A stretch of 64,000 nt of DNA from an uncultured archaeon. Its GTDB lineage: Archaea; Thermoplasmatota; Penumbrarchaeia; JASLWR01. Below are positions 47,661 to 55,568 of the stretch, in pieces. Position 1 is the stretch's first letter, and each line of letters opens with the position of its first letter. The notes under the pieces were generated by a model. That model was not told the origin of the DNA. It did no database searches and saw nothing but the letters and a program-made list of their open reading frames with translations. The position numbers and the translations under genes were made by a program. Location: the NCBI GenBank assembly GCA_964430885.1, contig CAYSHM010000010.1, positions 1 through 64,000 on the forward strand, given 5' to 3'.

Positions 47661-50639
47661 TTACAATTCTTGTGAACCGTCCTCATCATCCTTACCTTTG
47701 GCTTTCGATTTATCAGAAGGAGAACCGTTCTTGGATTTTACGGTTTTATTTACAGAAGGACTGCTAGATCCCACATCCATGTCTTCCTCCACACGCATCC
47801 CTTTAACGCTGATCGACAGATCATATATTACTATCCCGATAACGAGCAGAACAAAGACTATCCACAATAATTTTGACTTGTTCTTGCTTAGAATGCTTCT
47901 TGAAGAATAGGTCTTCCGATCGTCAAGACCGTCCAGATCTTCATCCTCAGTTTCATTCACTACTGTCTTGTTTTCAGAGGGTTCAAATATCAATATAGGC
48001 ACCTGAATGGATTCCTCATTTCCAGCAAGATCTCTGATCCTCAGTACTGCAAAATAAATTCCGGGATACTGATAGATATAATAAAATGAACTGTTCTTGA
48101 TAATAACACCGTCTCCCATCTCGCATTCCAGATTTGACAAGCCGTAATTATCGGTACAGTTGGTAAAATTGAAAAAAAGAGAATTGTTCACACGTGAAAT
48201 GAAGTAGGGCAGCAAAGAACGGTTGTCCTCCTCGCTCGGTGTGCGATATGTAAAATTCCTTAGTCGTGTAATGTTGAAATCATCCTCAAAGGAGACCAAC
48301 TCACCCAAAGAATAACAAATCTGGGTACGATTGCCGTCTGAATAGGATATTCTATATTCATGATAATTGGTAAGATTTTTATCGTCCAATATGGAAAGAT
48401 TCATAACGGCAATAGGTAATATTACATCAGTCACCTCCAAATGAAAAGTGGTGGTGTTCCAGTTTTCCATTGCATCCAGTATCTGCAGGGTAATGTAGTA
48501 AGTTCCTGGTTGATCATACCTGTAGTTCAGGATTGAACGGTTGCTACCGAAAATGATACTACCATCTCCCAAGGACCAGTTGTAGAAGGTTATATTTTCA
48601 TTATCATAGGAAGCTGTAGCATTGAGGAAAGCATACCCCCCAAGCTGTACTTTTTCCGGATAATCCACAATAACCACCGGAGGGGTCCCGTCCTTCACGA
48701 AAACAGCACCAGTATCCACATTATAATTTCCCTCTGAATCATATACTGCGAGATCTACAAAGTAGGTCCCCATCTTATTATATATGTGGTTCACCCACGA
48801 GACTGTGGTAATCTCAAATGTCCCATCACCGAAATTCCATTCATATCTTGAAATCAACCCGTTATCTGTAGATCCAGAAGCATCCAGGGTTAAGATATAT
48901 CCCTTACGAATATGATTCTCAGAAGGAATATCTGCTCTAGGGGGAGTCAGATCGTGAACCCAAACCCTCTTTGTGGTATAGGTGGTAAAACCTGTTTTGT
49001 TGATTATTGTCAAGCGGACAGTATAGTTTCCCGGGTCTTCATAGATGTGAGTGACAGCGGATCCAGCGTGATAATCCACATTTCCATCTCCGAAATCCCA
49101 GGTATAGGTTATGATCCCGTCACGGTCATAAGTTTCACTGGCATCGAACTGTATCGGGCTGTCCTCATTTACTTCGTCCATAGAATCTATCACAGGGCAG
49201 GGTACAACCTTTACTTGAGTATGATGCCTATCGATACATCCGTCATTGTCCTCAGCAGTAAGGGTCACCTGATATATTCCCTGTTTCTCATATGCATGTT
49301 CTGCATAAAGCTTGTTGGATTCGTTACCATCACCGAAATCCCAACGAATATTCTTAATAGTACCATCTACATCATAGGCAATTGCATCATTGAACCTGAT
49401 GGGTTTCCCAGGTTCGGCAAAAACACTTTTGCCAATATTGACGGATGGAGGAAGGTTGGTAGCGTTGCTCGCAATATATTTCCTCAGATGGGTATTTATC
49501 TTTCCGTCATGATGTCCCATGTACCAGAAACAGAGACCGTATAAGTTGAACTTCTTCACGAGATATAATTTATAAAGAAAACTCTGATTATCTGAATAAT
49601 GGGTTTCTCTGTATCGGTTGGATCCGTAATCAGCATTATAGGTATAGAAAGGATAACGCCCAGTTGCATTCCATTGTCTTTTAACACCGTAAACTTCCCG
49701 GACGTTCTCTGCCTGTTCATAGTTATAGATCTGGGCACCGGAGAGAGTATTCCCAACCTCATCTACCGGCCAGTCATATCCGAAAGTAGGTATTCCAAGG
49801 ATTACCTTTTCCCGGGGGATCTTGGTAACTGCATATTCCATTATGCTGTGGACCCAATCGTATGAGGCCACAGCTCCTGCAGAATGATGGGTGGACCAAT
49901 GCTCATTGTAGGCCATAATCTTCACTTGATCGGCCACAACCCCAATTGGCTCGTATATATAAGCGTCACATTGAAAACCTGTTCGGTCGTCAGTCCATCT
50001 CGGATACAGAGAAACCGATATTGTCTTGTTGATCTTCTTCATCTCTACACTGAGGTTCTCAATAAATGATACATACCTGTATCTATCAGAGTATCTCACA
50101 GACTCGTAGTTGATCTCTATTCCGTCATAACCGGTGTTGTTTACTATTTTACATATCCGTTCGATATGTTTGGCCCGAAGATCAAGATCATTGAAGAAAA
50201 GGGTATAGGTGGCATTATTACCACAATATATGATAGGGATCACGGTATAGTTCAGTTCCCTGTAAGTGTTCAGCCTGTTCCATATAAAACCCGGTTCATC
50301 AACGGTCTGTACCACCTTGGCAAAGCTGTCAAGGGTGTACCAGTAAGGATAGATATGATTGAAAACATCCCTGTTCTGGGTCATATTAAGGTGGCATTCC
50401 TCATCCCAATAAACTGTCCAGGAGCCATAATGCGCTGAATTATTTACACTTCCGTTCCTAGTAGAAATCTCAAGGAACTCCTTGAAGGAAGAATAATCAA
50501 AGGCATCATTTTCCAGACCTTCATCGACCGAAGGTTCTTCACCCAAATAGTTGGTAATAAGGGAACTCAGGGGTATAAAACCCAAAATCGCAATAATAAT
50601 TAATGAACTGAGAGTGATTATATATTCTTTGAATTTCAT
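47661..50639 (-). CDS. GH18 chitinase-like hydrolase with ~4-5 PKD repeats and C-terminal TM
   Basis: HIYPYWY, GYDGIEINYE (DxxExNxE variant), KIMAYNEH, AGAVAS..WV, KVILGIPTFGYDW, GLCFW. Repeated WDFGDG/WNFGDG/WSLGDG. Confidence 0.88.
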   Translation of the reverse strand: MKFKEYIITLSSLIIIAILGFIPLSSLITNYLGEEPSVDEGLENDAFDYSSFKEFLEISTRNGSVNNSAHYGSWTVYWDEECHLNMTQNRDVFNHIYPYWYTLDSFAKVVQTVDEPGFIWNRLNTYRELNYTVIPIIYCGNNATYTLFFNDLDLRAKHIERICKIVNNTGYDGIEINYESVRYSDRYRYVSFIENLSVEMKKINKTISVSLYPRWTDDRTGFQCDAYIYEPIGVVADQVKIMAYNEHWSTHHSAGAVASYDWVHSIMEYAVTKIPREKVILGIPTFGYDWPVDEVGNTLSGAQIYNYEQAENVREVYGVKRQWNATGRYPFYTYNADYGSNRYRETHYSDNQSFLYKLYLVKKFNLYGLCFWYMGHHDGKINTHLRKYIASNATNLPPSVNIGKSVFAEPGKPIRFNDAIAYDVDGTIKNIRWDFGDGNESNKLYAEHAYEKQGIYQVTLTAEDNDGCIDRHHTQVKVVPCPVIDSMDEVNEDSPIQFDASETYDRDGIITYTWDFGDGNVDYHAGSAVTHIYEDPGNYTVRLTIINKTGFTTYTTKRVWVHDLTPPRADIPSENHIRKGYILTLDASGSTDNGLISRYEWNFGDGTFEITTVSWVNHIYNKMGTYFVDLAVYDSEGNYNVDTGAVFVKDGTPPVVIVDYPEKVQLGGYAFLNATASYDNENITFYNWSLGDGSIIFGSNRSILNYRYDQPGTYYITLQILDAMENWNTTTFHLEVTDVILPIAVMNLSILDDKNLTNYHEYRISYSDGNRTQICYSLGELVSFEDDFNITRLRNFTYRTPSEEDNRSLLPYFISRVNNSLFFNFTNCTDNYGLSNLECEMGDGVIIKNSSFYYIYQYPGIYFAVLRIRDLAGNEESIQVPILIFEPSENKTVVNETEDEDLDGLDDRKTYSSRSILSKNKSKLLWIVFVLLVIGIVIYDLSISVKGMRVEEDMDVGSSSPSVNKTVKSKNGSPSDKSKAKGKDDEDGSQEL

Positions 50640-50714
50640 ATGTATTCACCGAAAATTGATGTTGAGCTATTCTGTTTCTTTGCTGTGTGTTATTTTACTT
50701 CTGTATAGGAATTT

Positions 50715-50738
50715 GGAATAATATCTTGAGATTATTCC
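50715..50738. promoter_or_regulatory. Inverted repeat upstream of the GH18 gene (possible operator)
   Basis: GGAATAAT-atcttgag-ATTATTCC, 76-99 bp upstream of ATG 50639, in a 447-bp AT-rich spacer. Confidence 0.35.
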
Positions 50739-51086
50739 CAACCATCATATTTATCGAGCGACAATATGCTTATACATTCAGTATTCCGTTCATAATAAAA
50801 AGTTTTGTATTCTTTTATTTGGATTGATTATTTGGCAATTCCTATAATCAACATATTTAAGGTTTAATAAAATCGAAAAGAAAAGAAATTTTCCATTGAA
50901 AACTCATGTGAACAAAAATAATAATTTCAGGTAATGAATTGAAAACAACCTCATGATAAGAAATTGAATCGAATTAATATATAGAAAAATTTCCGTAGCT
51001 TACAGCCCTTCTTCGGCAACAGAAAAGAAACCAATAATTCCACATAACATTCAATATCAATTATAGTTCCATATAAATAAATAAGC

Positions 51087-52037
51087 TCAGAGGGTCACCG
51101 TAGTTCCATCTTGTGCAGATCTTATACACGCCTTGACTATCTCAAGGGCTTTCAATGCTTCTTCACCTGTGACAAGGGGTGATTCCGCTTTCTCTATAGC
51201 ATTAAAGAAATCCAATATCTCCTTTTTGAGCGGCTCTTCTCTATGAGGGGTATGGGTTTCCATTTCGTATTCGGCGGTTTCGGGATTGAAAGTGAAAACG
51301 GACAGCTTACCTTTCAGGAGGTCAGCTTCCAGATAACCGGCATCACCTGTTATATACAGGCTCCTTCTTGGGTGTGGACGGTTCCAGCTAACATGAATAT
51401 TTGCGATTGCCTCGTCATGGAATGATAATAATATATGTGCGAGATCCTCATGTGTCGGATGCTTGTTCCTATTGGCCATTGAAGATACTCTTTTTACTTT
51501 TTTATTAATGATATACCTTGCTAGATCCACATCATGTATCGAGGTGTCCATGATCACCCCTACATCCGAGATCCGTTTGGGATAAGGCCCCACCCTTACA
51601 GCCTCATAGGATATTATATTGCCTATCTTGCGCTTATCAACAGCAGACTTCACACTCTCAACCATAGTGTTAAAGCGCTCTATATGGCCAACTGCAAGGA
51701 TCACATCATGTTCCTTGGCGGTGTCCACAAGCTCTTGTCCTTTGGATATTTCATCGCATATGGGTTTCTCAATCAGAATGTGAATTCCCTGCTCCATTGC
51801 CCTTTTGGATATTTCAAAATGGGTCGTGGTAGGAGTAGCTATTGATATAGCCTCAACTCCACTGTTTATAATAAATTCCTCAAAATCCGAATAATAGCTG
51901 CAGCCGTATTTTTCAGCCATGCTTCTAGCAGTCTCTTCATGCAGATCAAAAACCGCTTTCAGACAACCAAGATCCTTGTAGTTACGGGCGTGAAATCCAC
52001 CCATTCTACCAACACCTGCAACACCTGCCTTTATCAT
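51087..52037 (-). CDS. Gfo/Idh/MocA oxidoreductase (WbpB-like UDP-sugar 3-dehydrogenase)
   Basis: Rossmann motif GVAGVGRMG, IATPT..H, LIEKP, VGHIERFN, DVGVIMDTSIHDVD. Start set to ATG 52037 (MIKAGV). Confidence 0.88.
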   Translation of the reverse strand: MIKAGVAGVGRMGGFHARNYKDLGCLKAVFDLHEETARSMAEKYGCSYYSDFEEFIINSGVEAISIATPTTTHFEISKRAMEQGIHILIEKPICDEISKGQELVDTAKEHDVILAVGHIERFNTMVESVKSAVDKRKIGNIISYEAVRVGPYPKRISDVGVIMDTSIHDVDLARYIINKKVKRVSSMANRNKHPTHEDLAHILLSFHDEAIANIHVSWNRPHPRRSLYITGDAGYLEADLLKGKLSVFTFNPETAEYEMETHTPHREEPLKKEILDFFNAIEKAESPLVTGEEALKALEIVKACIRSAQDGTTVTL

Positions 52038-52280
52038 AATATCACAGTTAAATACCTGCACCAATAATTTAAGGTTTTGCCACCATAAACGCCAAAGGAA
52101 ATAATCCTTACAAACTATTGTCATTCTGGTCAAATCAACTGTGCCTAGAGGTGTATACAAATATTTTCCCATGAGCATATTACAAGATGAAGTTTTAATA
52201 ATTAAAAGAGAAATCAGGAAACAGAACCGATTCATGGTCAAAAATTATTTTCTTTCCCAATTTATAATTGCGGTGAAGCA

Positions 52281-54008
52281 ATGAAACGCAGTGCACTTAT
52301 CAGAGAGATCGAGGATGGAGTGGCACTCATGGACCAGGGTCTGTATAAAAAGGCCCTGATGAAATTCGATTCATTGCTTGATATCGACCCGGACCTTCAG
52401 AGGGTTTGGTATTATAGAAGTATGTGCTTTATCGAGCTTTCTAGATATGATGATGCAAGAGAGAGCGCGCTTACTGCAATAGATTATGATATTCATGATA
52501 TCGAATCCTGGAGGGCACTAGGTGAGATACATCTGGAACTGAACGAATTGACCAAATCCTTCAATGCTCTTAAAAGGGTTCTGAAAAGTGACCCGATGGA
52601 CAGGGATGCCTTGTACCTTCTGGGAAATGTTTTTCTTAAGAAGGAAAGATATGACGATGCAATCAGGATATATGATAAAGTACTGAAGATCGATCCCGAC
52701 GATGATCTTGCATATGATAAAAAGAAGTTAGCGGAGTTCAAAAAGAAAAGGGACGCAGATTATACCAGGGACAATAATTTCTATTCAGAACCTAAGAAAA
52801 CTTTCCCCATTAAAGAATCAAAGCTTGATTGGGACTATACTGATGAGGAAAATGAAGACATTTTTGATCTTATCGAGACTGGACTAAACCATCTCCAGAA
52901 CAAAGATTTCCAAAATGCTCTAGATACAGTGGAGAAAGCCCTCAGGATTGACCCCGATGACATCGATTCTTTGCTTCTAAACGGACAGATATTCTTCGAG
53001 ATGGGCCAGTACCAGAAAGCAATGTCCAGTTTCGATCGTGTAACAGATATCGAAAAATCCAATCCCGAAGCCTGGTTCAACAAGGGCGAGATACTAGAGA
53101 TCGTAAATAGATATCAGGATGCATTGGCCTGTTATAAGGAAGCCTTGAAGAACGATCCCGATTTCAGCGAAGCAAAGGAAGCGGTTGTTGAAGTTGAGGC
53201 CAAATTGGGTATGACCACAAACATCGATTTTGCAGACCCTGTGGCAGATAGAATGATCAAGAAAAAGGCCAGGGTCCGTGAGAACGAATATGATGTCGAG
53301 GCCTTTGGAATGATGGAACACCGAGAGGACGGATCTCTGGTTTCAGACAGTGAGTGGGTCGAGCGAGCGGGAAAATTCCTTGTCCAGAACTATCCACAGA
53401 GGGCTATGGTATGTTTCCAGAAGGCTCTAGATGTCAATCTTGATAATGTTGAAGCTCTTTTCGGGTTGGGCAATTCCAATCGAAAAATAGGGGAGAACGA
53501 TATAGCTGTTGAATTCTATAACAAAGCCCTACAGATCAAACCCGATCGGGCTGACATCCATTATAATAAAGGATTGGCGCTCTTAGGAGGACAGAAACCC
53601 AACGCTGCTGTCAGAGCCTTCCAGAATGCTCTAAGGATAGAACCTGATAAAAAAGAAGCAATATCCAATCTTGGAGCCGCCTACAACGAAATCAATGAGA
53701 TGATGAAAGCGATGGATACCTATAACAGATTGCTGAAACTTGACCCTAAAGACGCAAAGGCCTGGTACAATCTTGGCAATGTCTATGTTAAGGTTGGAAA
53801 GGCCAGAAAAGCCATCAAATCCTACGACCGGGCGATTAAATTCGACCCCAGAAATGTACAGTATCACTATAATAAAGGTATCACATATTATGAGATTAAC
53901 AAGTTCAAGAAGGCAAAGAAAGCCTTTCTCATGGCATTGAAAATAAAACCGGGTTATCGGCCTGCAAAGGAAGCCCTTGTTGCCTGCAAGGATGCTCTGA
54001 GAATGTAG
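52281..54008 (+). CDS. Tetratricopeptide repeat protein
   Basis: More than 12 TPR-like units (e.g. AWFNKG...Y..AL..DP, AWYNLGNVY). GGTGA SD. Divergent from the wbpB-like gene. Confidence 0.9.
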   Translation: MKRSALIREIEDGVALMDQGLYKKALMKFDSLLDIDPDLQRVWYYRSMCFIELSRYDDARESALTAIDYDIHDIESWRALGEIHLELNELTKSFNALKRVLKSDPMDRDALYLLGNVFLKKERYDDAIRIYDKVLKIDPDDDLAYDKKKLAEFKKKRDADYTRDNNFYSEPKKTFPIKESKLDWDYTDEENEDIFDLIETGLNHLQNKDFQNALDTVEKALRIDPDDIDSLLLNGQIFFEMGQYQKAMSSFDRVTDIEKSNPEAWFNKGEILEIVNRYQDALACYKEALKNDPDFSEAKEAVVEVEAKLGMTTNIDFADPVADRMIKKKARVRENEYDVEAFGMMEHREDGSLVSDSEWVERAGKFLVQNYPQRAMVCFQKALDVNLDNVEALFGLGNSNRKIGENDIAVEFYNKALQIKPDRADIHYNKGLALLGGQKPNAAVRAFQNALRIEPDKKEAISNLGAAYNEINEMMKAMDTYNRLLKLDPKDAKAWYNLGNVYVKVGKARKAIKSYDRAIKFDPRNVQYHYNKGITYYEINKFKKAKKAFLMALKIKPGYRPAKEALVACKDALRM

Positions 54009-54175
54009 CCCGTTTACTTGAAAAGATTAAACATACTAGTCATTGTTTCCAGTCGATCGCTAACCGAAGCCATGTGCTTTAAATTGAACCTGATCTGAAA
54101 GGATAGGATTCATAGGGTCAAGTGCATTTTGAAAAATCACATATAACACAATACCTCTTACAGGAAGGGAGATCT

Positions 54176-54859
54176 ATGTACAAGGTTAACGAGATATTCT
54201 TATCCATTCAGGGTGAGGGAATTCTCCAGGGAATTCCCACGGTATTCATTCGTTTTTCAGGATGCAATCTCAATTGTGATTGGTGCGATACGGAATATGC
54301 CAGGGAAGAGGGAGAGGAGAAATCTCTTGGCCTTATAATCTCCGAAATTCAGAAATTCAGTGCAAATAATGTCTGCATAACTGGAGGTGAACCATTACTC
54401 CAGAAGGATCTCGCGGAATTGATCCGCTCACTCCTGGAGAATGGATACAAAGTGTGTATTGAAACCAACGGCAGTCTGCCAATCAAGGGATTATTGGAAA
54501 AAATTTCAGTGAGAGATGGTTCATCAGGGAAAAAAGAAATATTATTTTCCGTTGATGTCAAAACCCCTTCATCGGGTGAAGTAGATTCCTTTGAGTATAA
54601 CAATCTTGAAGTAATGAGTGATGGCGACCAGTTGAAATTCATTGTAAAAGACCTATCAGACCTTATTTACGTTAGGGATTTCCTGATTAACCGAGGAAAA
54701 GTGTTCACGGGTAATATTTTTATCCAACCCGTTGACAATAAAAATCTGGAAGAATTGGCGGAAAAATTCATTCAAACTGAATGGCCCCAGGAGATGGATA
54801 TTCGTTTCGGTTTACAGATCCACAAGATAATCTGGTCACCGGATACCCGCGGCGTGTGA
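54176..54859 (+). CDS. queE: 7-carboxy-7-deazaguanine synthase (radical SAM)
   Basis: VNEIFLSIQGEG, FIRFSGCNLNCDWCDT (CxxxCxxC), ITGGEPL, IETNGS, DVKTPSSG, QLKF, LQIHKIIW. Start set to ATG 54176. Confidence 0.92.
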   Translation: MYKVNEIFLSIQGEGILQGIPTVFIRFSGCNLNCDWCDTEYAREEGEEKSLGLIISEIQKFSANNVCITGGEPLLQKDLAELIRSLLENGYKVCIETNGSLPIKGLLEKISVRDGSSGKKEILFSVDVKTPSSGEVDSFEYNNLEVMSDGDQLKFIVKDLSDLIYVRDFLINRGKVFTGNIFIQPVDNKNLEELAEKFIQTEWPQEMDIRFGLQIHKIIWSPDTRGV

Positions 54860-54935
54860 CACATAGACTACTGGGATTATATTTTGAATATCAAATCAAT
54901 GAAAAGCTTAAAATAACACTGCTTATAATTAACGA

Positions 54936-54949
54936 ACCGACCAGTCGGT
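54936..54949. promoter_or_regulatory. Palindromic TetR-type operator
   Basis: ACCGAC-CA-GTCGGT (perfect 6-bp arms), between a TTATAATT TATA-like box (54923-54930) and the tetR start at 54970. Confidence 0.65.
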
Positions 54950-54969
54950 CTTTGGATTGGGTGACGGTT

Positions 54970-55542
54970 ATGGGTCAATTCGGTGAGACAAAGAAAAAGG
55001 TACTGGAAGCCGCTTTTAATATTTTCAGTGAAAGAGGATATAATCGAACTCCTATCAGTGCAATAGTCAAGGAATCGGGGGTATCTAAAGGGGGAATATT
55101 CCATCATTTTGAAAGCAAATACCATTTAGCAAGGGATTGTCTGTTCTGGTGGGCAGAGAATCATATTTCAACGCGAATATCTAATATCGAACGGGGTAAA
55201 TTGAAGCCAGATGATATTCTCATTCATTTCATAGATTCAATGCTTGAAATGTTTGATGGTTCAAAGGGATTCACTAAATTTTTCTGGGAGGTTTTCGAGG
55301 AAGCGCTGACTAATAAAGAGGATAATTCCATATGGCTTGAATTTCTTGATGGGTATGTAAAGGAAATTGAACAGATTTATGAATCCATGGGTGTTAAGGA
55401 CCCAAAAATGAAATCGGTTTGTTTTCTTTCAAATTTAGACGGTCTTGCGCTATACTATTCCATGCTAAACGAATCACCTTTAAAGATGGACCAGCAGAGA
55501 ATAAGAAATGAACTTATCAGAACCTGGGTCAATATTTCCTAG
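54970..55542 (+). CDS. TetR/AcrR-family transcriptional regulator
   Basis: HTH TKKKVLEAAFNIFSERGY...SGVSKGGIFHHFESK. Start set to ATG 54970 after GGGTGA. Confidence 0.92.
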   Translation: MGQFGETKKKVLEAAFNIFSERGYNRTPISAIVKESGVSKGGIFHHFESKYHLARDCLFWWAENHISTRISNIERGKLKPDDILIHFIDSMLEMFDGSKGFTKFFWEVFEEALTNKEDNSIWLEFLDGYVKEIEQIYESMGVKDPKMKSVCFLSNLDGLALYYSMLNESPLKMDQQRIRNELIRTWVNIS

Positions 55543-55568
55543 GTATACCATATCACAGAGGGACATCT

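Noticed and set aside
48912-49544. 210-aa + strand ORF, and others such as 19383-19913, 23658-24197 and 60105-60653
   Set aside because: Each lies wholly antisense to a well-supported gene and has no recognisable motifs.
50895-50955. Two ATTGAAAAC copies 43 bp apart resembling CRISPR repeat ends
   Set aside because: Only a 9-bp match in very AT-rich DNA, with no full-length repeats, no third unit and no cas genes in the window.
52038-52241. N-terminal extensions in the ORF track (also 54781-54969, 59844-59930, 22848-22922, 54122-54175)
   Set aside because: They precede the natural domain starts, read as non-coding-like sequence, and mostly have better SD-associated ATGs downstream.
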